A DNA stretch of 64,000 nucleotides from Pirellulales bacterium (GTDB taxonomy: Bacteria; Planctomycetota; Planctomycetia; Pirellulales; UBA1268). The position numbers and the translations under genes are program-made. The notes beneath the pieces were generated by a model. It had not been told where the DNA came from. It was given only the letters and a program-made list of their open reading frames with translations, and made no database searches. The stretch is from positions 405 to 64,404 of the forward strand of contig JBIIGJ010000008.1 in NCBI GenBank assembly GCA_044236455.1, given 5' to 3'. Shown here in pieces: positions 52,121 to 62,036 of the stretch (its first letter is position 1; each line of letters begins with the position of its first letter).

Positions 52121-52413
52121 GGCGCGCCTTGAGAGCGGGGTGACATCCTGTCAACGCCGGCAGTCTACCGCGTGTGGGCTGCGGGGCCCAGCCGGCGGCC
52201 TTGCTTGACTGCGGCAACACGGCTGGCCGACAATGCTGCCTGAGGCCGGTTTCGGCGTTGAGATCTGCCCCGGCATCCCGGTTCAGGGCCTTGGTAGGCT
52301 GTGCTGGGACGTCGATTCTGCTCGGACGTCGCGATCTGACGAGGCGATGACGACGGCAGGAACGATCGCGTCTGTCAGACGCACCCTTTATTCACGCGAG
52401 AACGAGATCTGTC

Positions 52414-52677
52414 ATGCGGGACATAGTGCGGCGGTTTCTCGCGTGCGGAGTGTTGTTGGCGGTCCTGCTGCCGATGGTGATAGCGATCGTGTTGGGGCTG
52501 GGCGGCCTGCTCTCGTCCCTGGGCGACGAGGCCGGGGCTGCCGCCTGCGGCCGGGCCGGCCTCATCGTCGGCGCGGTCTGGTTCATGGCGTTGGCCGGCA
52601 CCGCGACCGCGAGCGGGATCGTGGCGCTGGAGAGGGGTGCCTCCCGGCCGGACCGGTCCGACGCTCCCCCCGACTGA
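52414..52677 (+). CDS. small membrane protein
   Basis: Two hydrophobic helices flanking LGDEAGA. Confidence 0.65.
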   Translation: MRDIVRRFLACGVLLAVLLPMVIAIVLGLGGLLSSLGDEAGAAACGRAGLIVGAVWFMALAGTATASGIVALERGASRPDRSDAPPD

Positions 52678-52723
52678 CTATTCTCGCCGCTACCCTGCGG
52701 CCACTCCCTGCGGGCGAGCGTTC

Positions 52724-53149
52724 ATGCCGATCGGTTTTCGTTGCACAGGCTGTCGCTCCCGGTTGCACGTCCCCAAACGCTGGGCCGGAAACAGCCTGCC
52801 CTGCCCGAAGTGTGGCACGCGCGTGGTCGTGCCTGCGGCGGCGCGGGAGGCCGGGGAGGATGCCGAGCACGAGGCTGAGCCCACTGCATTTGCAGACGCT
52901 TCTGTCGAGCGGTCGCTGGCGACGTTGCAGGTTCCGCGGGCGGCAAGGGCCGGGGGAGTGTTTGCGGACGATGCGTTCGAACTCCCCTCCGCGGGCGAGG
53001 TTGACGCAGCTGCGGCGACATTGGACCGCAGCAGAGGTGGCATCACGCTTTCCCGTTGGGCGCTCTATGCTTATGCGATGATAGTCCCGGTCATCGCGGT
53101 CGGGGCGTTTCTGCTGGGATGTTGGTGGACCGCGGCCGCGAGCCGCTGA
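52724..53149 (+). CDS. zinc-ribbon protein with C-terminal TM helix
   Basis: FRCTGC-x16-CPKC and a hydrophobic C-terminus. Confidence 0.75.
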   Translation: MPIGFRCTGCRSRLHVPKRWAGNSLPCPKCGTRVVVPAAAREAGEDAEHEAEPTAFADASVERSLATLQVPRAARAGGVFADDAFELPSAGEVDAAAATLDRSRGGITLSRWALYAYAMIVPVIAVGAFLLGCWWTAAASR

Positions 53150-53200
53150 CGGACCGAACGACGTTCGCATCGAAACCGTTTGATCTCGCAAGAGGACGAC

Positions 53201-55258
53201 ATGCACTCCCCTTCCCTGTGTGGCCACCACCGATCGAATCTGGTCGCGGCCCTCATGGCCTGCGTGGTGGCCCTGCTCTTGTCTATGCAGCCGGTCGTGT
53301 TTGTCCGGTCGGCTGTCGCGGAGCCGGCGGCCCGCGAGATGTCGGTGAAGGAGATTCGCGAACTCGTCGATGAGGCTGAAAAGCTGCTCGAGGACGGCAA
53401 GCCCGGGAAGGCGGCGGCCCGCCTGGCGGAGGCGACGAAGGGGATCGAACAACTTTCGACTCGAGGGGGCATGCCTTCCGGGCTGCGGACTCTCTGGGAC
53501 AAGTGCCGGTCGCTGCGCGATGATTTGGAACTCGAGGGAGTTGACGTCAGCGGGATCGTTGTCGCTCCTCCCAAACCTTCTGCCGGGAAGCCGGCCGGCA
53601 AGAATGCCGCCGCCTCCACTCCCGCCGCCGGATCCGATAAGCCTGCCGCCGCGAAGCCCGGCGTCGCTCCCAAGCCTGCCGCGAAGCCCGCGGCTGCGAA
53701 GCCAGCCGCCAAACCGGCCCTGACATTCTCGGCGCAGGTGGCACCGATCCTCTCCCGCCACTGCGGCGGCTGTCACATCGCGGGCCGCAAGGGAGGCTTC
53801 CAGATGGTGTCGTACGCGGGGTTGATGAAGTCGGGCGCGGTGCAGCCGGGCATGGGCGAGTCGAGCAGGCTGGTGGAGGTGATTCTCAGCGGCGACATGC
53901 CGCGGGGGGGCGGCAAGGTGTCGCCCGAGGATTTGGGGGTGCTGATGAAGTGGATCGATGCTGGCGCTCCCTACGATGGTCCCGATCCCAACGCGCCGAT
54001 CGATGGCCTCGCGCGGCAGGCCACGGCCCCGCCTCCCGCCGCTCCCCCGACCAAGCCGGTCGTGGCCGTGAAGCTCAAGCCGGGGGAGGTTTCGTTTGCG
54101 GCGGAAGTCGCTCCCGTGCTGATCGAGAACTGCGTGGGCTGCCATGACGTCGACCAGCCCGATGCCAACTTGAGCATGATCACGTTCGAGCGGCTGCTCC
54201 GCGGTGGCCGGGGCGGCAGCCCCGTCGCTGCTGGCAAGGGTGCCGACAGCCTGCTGGTGAAAAAAATCAAGGGGGCCGGTATCGAGGGGCAACGGATGCC
54301 GCTGGGCAAGCCGCCGCTGGCCGCCGAGGTGATCGCCAGAATCGAGAAGTGGATCGACCAGGGGGCCAAGCTCGACCTGCTCACGCCGCAGGCCGAACTG
54401 GAAACGCTCGCGGCGGTCGGCCGTTCTCAGAAGCTTTCCCATGACGAATTGAAGGAGGTCCGCTTTCGGGCCGGCCGCAGCCTCTGGGCCCGGGCGATTC
54501 CCGACGACAAGCCAGTGGTGATCGAACGCGGCGACGTGCTCGTGGTCGGCAATCTGTCGGCCGGACGGATGGAGGAGCTGGCTTCTGCCGCCGAAGCGGT
54601 CAATCGCCGGCTGCGGGAGGAAGTCACCGGGGGCAAGTCGCCGCTGATCAAAGGAGGCATCGTTGCCTACGGCTTCGCCAAGGGGTACGACCTTTCCAGC
54701 CTCTGGCAGACGGTCTTTTCCGATGAGCGGCCGAAGGGGATGACGGCGGTGGCCGGCGTGTCGGGCGACGTGGCCTATGCGGCGTTCGTTGCCCCATCGG
54801 GAGACAGGGCTGCGGGCGAAAAGGCCTCGGCCGGCAAGAACGAGGGTGCGGCCGATACCCGTGCCCTCCTGGCCGAGCAGATGACGGTGGCCGCGTTGCT
54901 TGGCCGGGGCGCCCCGGCCTGGTTCGCGAAGGGGGCCGGTCGGTCAGTGGCGATGAAATTCGAACCGAAGGCCGACCTGGTGGAGACCTGGCGCCGCGAT
55001 CTGCCGACAGCGGTGCAGCGGGGCGGTTCCCCGGCCGATTTCTTCGCCGGTCATGGCGATCCGGTGGCGGCGGCCGTGGTGGGGGGCGGCTTTGTGTCGG
55101 CGATCATGCCGAGCGTCAGCCGGCTGGAACAACTCGTCGGGCAGCTCGACGCCGGCATGCCCTTCGACCAGGCGTTTGTCACCGTGTTTCGCAGCCCGCC
55201 CCAGCCGCTTTTCGAGGCCTGGGCTGCCCAGGCCTCGAAGAACGGCCCGCGACGGTAG
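53201..55258 (+). CDS. dihaem planctomycete-type cytochrome c domain protein
   Basis: VAPILSRHCGGCH...MP...WIDAGA and VAPVLIENCVGCH...RMP...WIDQGA. Confidence 0.9.
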   Translation: MHSPSLCGHHRSNLVAALMACVVALLLSMQPVVFVRSAVAEPAAREMSVKEIRELVDEAEKLLEDGKPGKAAARLAEATKGIEQLSTRGGMPSGLRTLWDKCRSLRDDLELEGVDVSGIVVAPPKPSAGKPAGKNAAASTPAAGSDKPAAAKPGVAPKPAAKPAAAKPAAKPALTFSAQVAPILSRHCGGCHIAGRKGGFQMVSYAGLMKSGAVQPGMGESSRLVEVILSGDMPRGGGKVSPEDLGVLMKWIDAGAPYDGPDPNAPIDGLARQATAPPPAAPPTKPVVAVKLKPGEVSFAAEVAPVLIENCVGCHDVDQPDANLSMITFERLLRGGRGGSPVAAGKGADSLLVKKIKGAGIEGQRMPLGKPPLAAEVIARIEKWIDQGAKLDLLTPQAELETLAAVGRSQKLSHDELKEVRFRAGRSLWARAIPDDKPVVIERGDVLVVGNLSAGRMEELASAAEAVNRRLREEVTGGKSPLIKGGIVAYGFAKGYDLSSLWQTVFSDERPKGMTAVAGVSGDVAYAAFVAPSGDRAAGEKASAGKNEGAADTRALLAEQMTVAALLGRGAPAWFAKGAGRSVAMKFEPKADLVETWRRDLPTAVQRGGSPADFFAGHGDPVAAAVVGGGFVSAIMPSVSRLEQLVGQLDAGMPFDQAFVTVFRSPPQPLFEAWAAQASKNGPRR

Positions 55259-55608
55259 GTCACGCGGGATTCATACGTCCTCCGGCCCACGCCGCCGATC
55301 CCCGGCTTCTCTACGACTGCTTCGCAGGATGCGAAGCGCATCACCAGCAAACTGCGTTTGCCAAGCGAAAACGGCAGGATGCCGTGTTTCGCGTGTAGCC
55401 TGATGCTGAGGAGCCGGTCGGAGGCACGCGCAGGAGCTGGTGAACTTTGCGACTCACGAGCGATCCACCATCGTCCCAGAGCCTCCTGTAGCACACCGCA
55501 GGTGGGTCGGAGACCTCAAGTCCGCCAGCGACGAGCATGCCGCAGCCGGCGAACCAATGCGGTCGGCCTCGGACCTCTCCGGACCTCTCCGGGCCGCGTG
55601 CGGGGAAA

Positions 55609-55856
55609 GCACGCGGCGATACGTTTTCCACCGTAATGCCGTGGCGCCGTGTGATGCGGAGAGCTCGTTTTAAAAACAGACGGGGGTGCCTGGGTCCCGG
55701 GGCATGTGATCCGAGCGGTATTCCCGGCACGGGGCCGGAAGCCTTCGGCTGTACACGCGACCGGAGCCGTCAATCGGCCCCCAACGAGCCTCGTTAAGAG
55801 CTCACCGACATGGATCGACGCATCACGAACATGACAGAAAACGTATCGCCGCACGC
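55609..55856 (-). ncRNA. ssrS: probable 6S RNA
   Basis: Nested inverted repeats forming a rod; minus strand has AUGUUCG near the 5' end and CGGCAU near the 3' end, as in E. coli 6S; G-U pairs favour the minus strand. Confidence 0.7.
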
Positions 55857-55871
55857 TCCTTCTGCTGGCTG

Positions 55872-57035
55872 TTACTCCTGCTGGTCGCGGCCGGCTGGGC
55901 CCATCGACTTGGTGTTCCGTTCCACCGCCATCACCACCGTCTGCCGCGAGGCGCCGTCGGCCGTGCTGGCGACGATCGGCAGCACCTGCCTGCGGTTGGG
56001 CATGTCCACACGCACGCGGAACGTGCCATCAGCATGCACCTTGACCGGCTCTCCCTGCAAGGTGAGGTAGGCTCCGGGCTGCGTTACGCCGTAGATGACC
56101 ATCTCGGCATCAACTTCGAGTTCGAAGGCCGGGACACCCTCTTCGCCGTCTTCATCCTCCGCCCCGCTGCTGCGGGCCGCCGGTGGCCCCATCGGCCGGC
56201 GGAGGCGTTCCTCGAAGAGTTCCTGCAGTTCCGTGCTCGAGTGCTCGGCTGAGAAGCCGCCACTCATCGCGTAGATCCGCTCGCAATCATCGACCATTTC
56301 GCCCCAGTGAGCATCCAGCGTGTCGCCCTGGGGAGTGTTGGGCATCGTGACGGCGTTGCTTCGCACCAGGGCGTGAAACCGGCCGGAGACCGCCAGATAG
56401 CCGATCTCGCAGCGGTAGCGGTGCGGTTCGCGAATATCGATGAACCAATTCTTCACCCCGCCATGCACCGCGATCTCACGGACCACTCGCTCCGACGGCG
56501 AGGCGTTGAGCCCGCTTTCCAGTTCGATCAGCCTCAGCGATGGCCGTGCACCGTGCCACTCCTGGCCGAGCGCCGCCTGGGCGCGGGCGATGCTGCGGGC
56601 CGTGAGTTCCCAGAAGACGTGGAGCCAGTGGGGCCCACGGGCCATCAGCACCATGCGATCCCGCACGGGACGCGCCGAACGGCCCCCCTCGGGAGGCGTT
56701 GTGAGGTTTTTGGCCTTGAGCAGCCGTTCGCGGGCCTGCTGGAGCCGGAGGGCCACGGCGGCATCCTGCGGTTGGGCCACGGCACGGGGTGCTCCACCGG
56801 CGACTGTCCGGGCGGAAAAGCCGCCGTCGACGATCCGGCGGGCAGTGCGTCCCTCGCCTGACGGCACGGCGACACTTCGGGTCGCAGCCGGAACCGGAGG
56901 CTGGGCTCGGGCCTTGCGAACCAAGGCTCTGATGAGCTGATCCTTCCGCATGGCATGCCAGCCCGCAACTCCGTGCTGCTTGGCGAGGCGGGCAAGATCT
57001 CGGACCGGCTTTTCCTTGAGGCTGGCTGACGTCAT
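55872..57035 (-). CDS. DUF4912 domain protein with Rho-N-like N-terminal helix pair
   Basis: LARLAKQHGVAGWHAMRKDQLIRAL; VLMARGPHWLHVFWE...NWFI...EIGY...RSNAV; DAEMVIYGVTQPGA. Confidence 0.88.
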   Translation of the reverse strand: MTSASLKEKPVRDLARLAKQHGVAGWHAMRKDQLIRALVRKARAQPPVPAATRSVAVPSGEGRTARRIVDGGFSARTVAGGAPRAVAQPQDAAVALRLQQARERLLKAKNLTTPPEGGRSARPVRDRMVLMARGPHWLHVFWELTARSIARAQAALGQEWHGARPSLRLIELESGLNASPSERVVREIAVHGGVKNWFIDIREPHRYRCEIGYLAVSGRFHALVRSNAVTMPNTPQGDTLDAHWGEMVDDCERIYAMSGGFSAEHSSTELQELFEERLRRPMGPPAARSSGAEDEDGEEGVPAFELEVDAEMVIYGVTQPGAYLTLQGEPVKVHADGTFRVRVDMPNRRQVLPIVASTADGASRQTVVMAVERNTKSMGPAGRDQQE

Positions 57036-57140
57036 CCGATTGTTCTTCCCGGTGTGATCGCAGTGGGAAGCGGCTTCCGCTCGAGCCGCGCATCCCGACT
57101 GCGTCAATCAACCGTACCGGGAACCATCGGCAAACGCAAA

Positions 57141-57169
57141 CAAAAACCCCCTCACAGGGGTGGTTTTTG
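57141..57169 (-). terminator. probable intrinsic terminator
   Basis: Minus strand caaaaaccacccct-gtg-agggggtttttgttt: stem followed by a U-tract, just downstream of the TPR/alpha-CTD gene. Confidence 0.55.
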
Positions 57170-57191
57170 CCGGAAAAGCCTTGAAATTCGC

Positions 57192-58529
57192 TCAATCACC
57201 GCGGAGCTTGAGGCCCCGTTCGGACAGCTTTTCGCGGACCTCGTTGAGGCTGGTGACGCCGAAGTTCTTGCATTCCATGAGATCTTCGGCCGTTCTGCGA
57301 ACGAGTTCGGAGATGACATTGATGCCGAGTTTCGTGGTGCACTTCCTGGCCCGGACGGAGAGGTTGAGCTCCGTGATCGGCTGCGACAGCAGTTCCTGCT
57401 CGTCGGCGGACGGCTCGGCCAGTTCCGGTTCGGGCTCTTCCGCGGGGACCGGCGCTGCAAACTGCCCCAGGGAGAGGCCCTTGGAGGCCAGCATGTCCTT
57501 GATCTCGACCAGGCTGGTCTCCCCAAAATTCTTGCTGGCGAGGATCTCCGCTTCGCTGGTCCGGGCCAGATCGCCAAGCGTGTTGATCCCCATCTTCTGC
57601 AGGCAGTTCCGGCTTCGCACGGAGAGTTCGAAATCGCTGACCGGGAGGCTCATCACGTGCTCGATCCGGTCTCGCTGCTTCTGCTCCTGCTCCTCGGTGC
57701 GGAGATCGCCAGAAGCCGAGGAATCCTTGAGGAACAGCCGGGCCCGCGGATGGTCGGGAATCGCCTCAAGGATCCTGCGGTAACACTGCTGCGCCTTGGC
57801 GAAGTCGTTGCGGTCCTCGTGCATGATGCCGAGATTGAGCAGTGCCCCCAGCGAAGCCGGATACCGCTCGAGCGACCGCTCGTAGCAGGCCTTCGCCTCG
57901 TCGTCGTTCCCGGCGCGGTCGTTGAGCACGCCCAACGCAAACAGGGCGTGCGAATGGCCGGGGTCGATGGCGACGGCCTTCTCGAACGTCTCGGCGACCT
58001 CGTTCGCGGGACTGCCGCGGTCTGCCAGGATGGCCCCCTTCACGGCCCAGTAGTCGGCCGACTGTTCCTTGCCGGTCGCCATCGCTTCGAGCGTCTGTGA
58101 AGCTTCATCGAGATGGCCGCTGGCACGCAGGGCGTCGGCGGCTGCCGCGCCGCACGCGAAGGCGTCGTAGCCCGACTTCTTCGCGGCGTCGAAAGCCTCT
58201 TTCGCCTTGTCGAATGCTTCCAACGCGACATGGGCAAGACCCTGGTGATAGAGCGCCAAGGCGCCACCATCGGCGGAGCGGAGTGTATCGATCGCCTCGC
58301 GGTAGCGGCCCAGGAGATACTGGCAGACACCGAGCCTGACGGAGGCTGCCGGGCTGCGGTCGGTCGACTGCTCCAGTTCGCGGACCGCACCGCGGACGTC
58401 GCGATGGGCGGAGGCGTCGGCGGCCAATAGCTGCGTGAGCCCATGGATTTCAGCAGGGCCAAAGGACCCGGTGCCGGTGACGAGTTCCCGGATGTCGAGT
58501 TTGGGGGCGATTTTTGCGGAGGCGACCAT
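57192..58529 (-). CDS. TPR protein with two RNA polymerase alpha-subunit C-terminal domains
   Basis: TPR helices, then twice ELSVR(S/A)RxC...GI...(S/C)KNFG(E/V)TSLxE; no alpha N-terminal domain. Confidence 0.92.
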   Translation of the reverse strand: MVASAKIAPKLDIRELVTGTGSFGPAEIHGLTQLLAADASAHRDVRGAVRELEQSTDRSPAASVRLGVCQYLLGRYREAIDTLRSADGGALALYHQGLAHVALEAFDKAKEAFDAAKKSGYDAFACGAAAADALRASGHLDEASQTLEAMATGKEQSADYWAVKGAILADRGSPANEVAETFEKAVAIDPGHSHALFALGVLNDRAGNDDEAKACYERSLERYPASLGALLNLGIMHEDRNDFAKAQQCYRRILEAIPDHPRARLFLKDSSASGDLRTEEQEQKQRDRIEHVMSLPVSDFELSVRSRNCLQKMGINTLGDLARTSEAEILASKNFGETSLVEIKDMLASKGLSLGQFAAPVPAEEPEPELAEPSADEQELLSQPITELNLSVRARKCTTKLGINVISELVRRTAEDLMECKNFGVTSLNEVREKLSERGLKLRGD

Positions 58530-58583
58530 GAGGCCCTTTCTGGAGACGACGGACGGAGGCGTGCAGCGGTGAAAGCGAGTGAG

Positions 58584-58657
58584 AGCCAGCGGTGGGAATC
58601 GAACCCACAACCCCCGCATTACGAATGCGGTGCTCTGCCAATTGAAGCTACGCTGGC
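58584..58657 (-). tRNA. tRNA-Thr (CGT)
   Basis: GCCAGCG/CGCTGGC acceptor stem, anticodon arm CCGCA-TTCGTAA-TGCGG, T arm GTGGG-TTCGATT-CCCAC; CCA not encoded. Confidence 0.96.
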
Positions 58658-58784
58658 CCGATGGGGCGGGAAACACGCCTGCGGAGCGTGAAATTCCGGA
58701 CTCCTGGAATCCCGCACAGTAGCGCACCGGGCCCCGGATCGTCAAGAGTCAACGGGCAAAAACCCGGGAGAATCGAAAAGAAAA

Positions 58785-58884
58785 CGAAAAAAGTGGGGCC
58801 TCTGACCCGACAGGAGCACCCTGTCTTGGCCGTACGGGTCAGGGGCAGACGACCGTACGACCGGAGTGATCGGAGGCCCCACTT
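58785..58884 (-). ncRNA. candidate structured RNA or attenuator (unassigned)
   Basis: 12-bp closing stem, two internal hairpins and a U-tract on the minus strand. Confidence 0.4.
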
Positions 58885-59344
58885 CAAAATTGCGTTCAAA
58901 ATTGCGGTGGGGCGGGGACCGGAGTCCCCGACAAACGTTCCTGAGATGCATCCGGCGTGCCAAAGCCGATTCGGCCCAAAAATTTTCTCGGCCGGCAAGG
59001 CGAGGCGGCAGTGGATCACATGCTCAGCCGTATCAATGGTGGTTGTTGCCCGGTTTTTCGGGGGGGCGACCATGCAGTCTTGGCCGTGATGGGGCGTGGC
59101 CGGTGATTGTCGCAACCTGCGACAGTCGCCGGCGCACGGCCGGGCAGATTGCGGCGCGCGCCGCCAATTGCAGCGCGCTGCGGGCAGATTGCAACGGACT
59201 GCCGGTCTACTGGACTAGGGCTGTATGATTCGGTGGAGTCTGGGGCAAGATGCCGTCACCGACGCAACGCCCCGTTCGTCGAAACAGATCCACAGACGCA
59301 CAGCACCTCGCAGCAACACGAACTCAAGAAAAGGGAATGGCCCC

Positions 59345-60196
59345 GTGAACCCCAGACTCCCCGCGATGATCGGCCCCCATCCGTGCGGGCCGGTTTGTCC
59401 ATTGCTGCTGATCGCCGGTCCATGCGTCATCGACGACGAGGGCCTCTGCCTCCGCATCGCCGATGCGCTGGCCTCGCTTGCAGACGTGCTGCCAATCAAC
59501 GTGGTGTTCAAGGCTTCTTTCGACAAGGCAAACCGGACGAGCGTATCGTCCTATCGGGGGCTCGGGCTGGACGAGGGGCTGGCCATCTTGGAGCGGGTGC
59601 GGGCTGCGACCGGTCTGCCGATCACGACCGACGTCCATCTGCCCGAGCAGGCCACCGCCGCGGGCCAGGTCTGCGACCTGCTGCAGATACCGGCCTTTCT
59701 CTGCCGGCAGACCGACCTCTTGCTGGCGGCCGCCGCCACGGGCCGTGCCGTCAACGTCAAAAAGGGGCAGTTCGTCGCACCGGCGGACATGAAGCATGTG
59801 GTCGCGAAACTCCTCGCGGGCGGCTGCCGAGACGTGTTGCTCTGCGAACGGGGCACGTTTTTTGGCTACGGCAGGCTGGTCAACGACTTTGCCGGCCTGG
59901 TCACGATGCGATCCATGGGTGTGCCTGTGATCTTCGACGCCACCCATTCCGTACAACAGCCGGCCAGCCGCGGTGACTCGACCGGAGGTGATCGGGCGCT
60001 GGTCGAACCTCTGGCGCGGGCCGCGGCCGCGGTGGGCATTGACGGGTTGTTTCTGGAGACGCACCCTGATCCCGACCAGAGTCCCAGCGACGGCCCCAAC
60101 ATGGTGCCGCTGGAACATCTGCGTGGCGTGGTGGAACGGGTGCTGCTCATCCACGAGGCCCGCCTCGAAGGTCTGGCAGGCACGGAGACAAGCTGA
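59345..60196 (+). CDS. kdsA: KDO-8-phosphate synthase
   Basis: [46 protein letters not shown] and SDGPN motifs. Confidence 0.96.
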   Translation: MNPRLPAMIGPHPCGPVCPLLLIAGPCVIDDEGLCLRIADALASLADVLPINVVFKASFDKANRTSVSSYRGLGLDEGLAILERVRAATGLPITTDVHLPEQATAAGQVCDLLQIPAFLCRQTDLLLAAAATGRAVNVKKGQFVAPADMKHVVAKLLAGGCRDVLLCERGTFFGYGRLVNDFAGLVTMRSMGVPVIFDATHSVQQPASRGDSTGGDRALVEPLARAAAAVGIDGLFLETHPDPDQSPSDGPNMVPLEHLRGVVERVLLIHEARLEGLAGTETS

Positions 60197-61908
60197 TGAA
60201 TCTGCTGGGAATGGGGGGCACGGAGGCGAACCGGCCGGGGGGGCCGGGCCCTGGACGACGACCGCCGCTGGTCGGATGCTTCATGATGGCGACCGGTTTG
60301 GTGCTGCTTCCAGGTTGTGGCTCGTCGCTGCCACCGCCACCGCAGCAGCAAGCCCAGCAGGAAGTGCGGTTGATGCCGGCGGTGTCGGAGGATGTCAGGG
60401 AAAAGCTTCTCGATGGCGCCGTGGCCGTGCTCGCCGGGCTGGATGACTATGAGGAGGAGTCGGCCTTCGCGCAGGTCTTCGACCGGCTCAACCAGTGGAG
60501 CCATGCCACCGTGATCGCCGGGGCGACCTTGGCGGCCGAGTGGCGGGTCGATCCGCTGTTCGCCACCCTGCCAGTCCGCCTTCAGGCCGGCATCACGCCC
60601 GAGTCTCTGGGCAGTTCCGTCTTTGACGCCAATACCGACGTCAAGGCGCTGCGGGACCAGCGCTGGCTGGCTGATATCGCCGCCAATGCCAGGGGCGATG
60701 CGGTCGAGGATCTCGACATCGCCGTCAACCTGTTTCGTTGGACCGTGCGGTCGCTGGCCATCGTGAGCGATCCACCGATGACGGCCACGGAGGCCACTCC
60801 GGGGAGCCGCTGGTTTCAGCCTGGCGAGATCCTGCTGTCGGGCCGGGCCAGCCCGGCGCAGCGGGCATGGATCTTTCTGGAACTGCTGCGGCATGCCGGG
60901 CTCGATGGCGTGATGCTGGCCACTGGTGATCGCGATCGAGGCGGACTCCGCGCCTGGATTCCCGCGGTTATTGCGGGAGGCGAGGCTTGGCTGTTCGAAC
61001 CGACGTATGGCATGCCGATCCCGGGGCCTGATGGAACCGGCGTGGCCACCGCCAGGCAGGCGGCCGCCGACCCCGCGATCCTGAAGCGGCTGTCGTTCGC
61101 CGACAGGAACTATCCGGTGCAGGCCGCCGACATCGCCGGCCTGTCGGTGCTGGTGGCCGCGGATCCCTGGAACCTGTCGCGGCGGATGCGGGCCGTGGAG
61201 GAGCAGCTCGCGGGCTCACGCAGCATGGAACTCTCTCTCGATGCTTCGGCCTTGGGAAATCGAGCCCTGCAGACGCTGCCGTCCGGCGGCGACCAGGCTG
61301 GTGCGGGACGTGTTGGTCTGTGGGAGTTTCCCTGGGAGGTGTTGGCCCAGCGGCAGGCCGCCGCGAATCGTGTGCAGATGGCGGTCGGCCGGGAGTTGAC
61401 AGTGATGTCGGTGGAAGTGGCGCAGGCCACGGGCGGCGACGGTCTGGGAGGGCGGCGTGCCACGCGGGTCGTGCGGCCGCTCTATGCTGCCCGTCTCCGC
61501 GAATTCCGCGGCGACCTCGACGGGCCCGAGGGAGCGAAGGTGAGCTACCTCGCAGCACGGCCGGGGCGTCAGGCGATTGCCGAGACCCTCCAGGCCTTTC
61601 CTCCGGAGCAAGCCGAAGGCGTGAAGCGGCTCTTCGAGCAGATGAAGGAAGACGCCACATACTGGCTCGGTGTGCTCACGTTGACCGAGGGGCAGAATGC
61701 CACGGCCGTCGATTATCTGGGCCGCATGACGCTGGAAGCAGCCCCCGACAGCCGTTGGACCGACGCGGCCCGCGTCAATCTGGCCCGGGCGCTGGCCGGG
61801 CTCGGCCGTACGGAAGAGGCCGTCAAACTGCTTCGCGAGGATGCGTCGCCGCAACGGTTCGGCAGCCGGTTGCTGGCGGATGAGCTGGAAAAAACGGCGA
61901 AGCCGTAG
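60196..61908 (+). CDS. hypothetical lipoprotein with C-terminal TPR
   Basis: LLPGC lipobox-like motif; ATYWLG...[12 protein letters not shown]-like helices. Confidence 0.75.
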   Translation: MNLLGMGGTEANRPGGPGPGRRPPLVGCFMMATGLVLLPGCGSSLPPPPQQQAQQEVRLMPAVSEDVREKLLDGAVAVLAGLDDYEEESAFAQVFDRLNQWSHATVIAGATLAAEWRVDPLFATLPVRLQAGITPESLGSSVFDANTDVKALRDQRWLADIAANARGDAVEDLDIAVNLFRWTVRSLAIVSDPPMTATEATPGSRWFQPGEILLSGRASPAQRAWIFLELLRHAGLDGVMLATGDRDRGGLRAWIPAVIAGGEAWLFEPTYGMPIPGPDGTGVATARQAAADPAILKRLSFADRNYPVQAADIAGLSVLVAADPWNLSRRMRAVEEQLAGSRSMELSLDASALGNRALQTLPSGGDQAGAGRVGLWEFPWEVLAQRQAAANRVQMAVGRELTVMSVEVAQATGGDGLGGRRATRVVRPLYAARLREFRGDLDGPEGAKVSYLAARPGRQAIAETLQAFPPEQAEGVKRLFEQMKEDATYWLGVLTLTEGQNATAVDYLGRMTLEAAPDSRWTDAARVNLARALAGLGRTEEAVKLLREDASPQRFGSRLLADELEKTAKP

Positions 61909-62036
61909 GCGAAATGGCGGGCGGCGGGGCGGTTTCCCGCGGTCCCTGCATCCCGCGTTGCCCGCCGCAACTGAGGCTGGTATTGTTGTCGGTTTCCCCG
62001 CCAGAAGATTCAAGAAGAACAAAAGAAGAGAAGATC

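Noticed and set aside
58584-58657. tRNA-Thr as an integration site for an island or prophage
   Set aside because: No integrase and no duplicated tRNA 3' end seen in the window.
58785-58884. SRP (4.5S) RNA
   Set aside because: Similar size and GGGGCC closing stem, but the conserved helix-8 motif (CAGG...GNRA...AGCAG) is absent on both strands.
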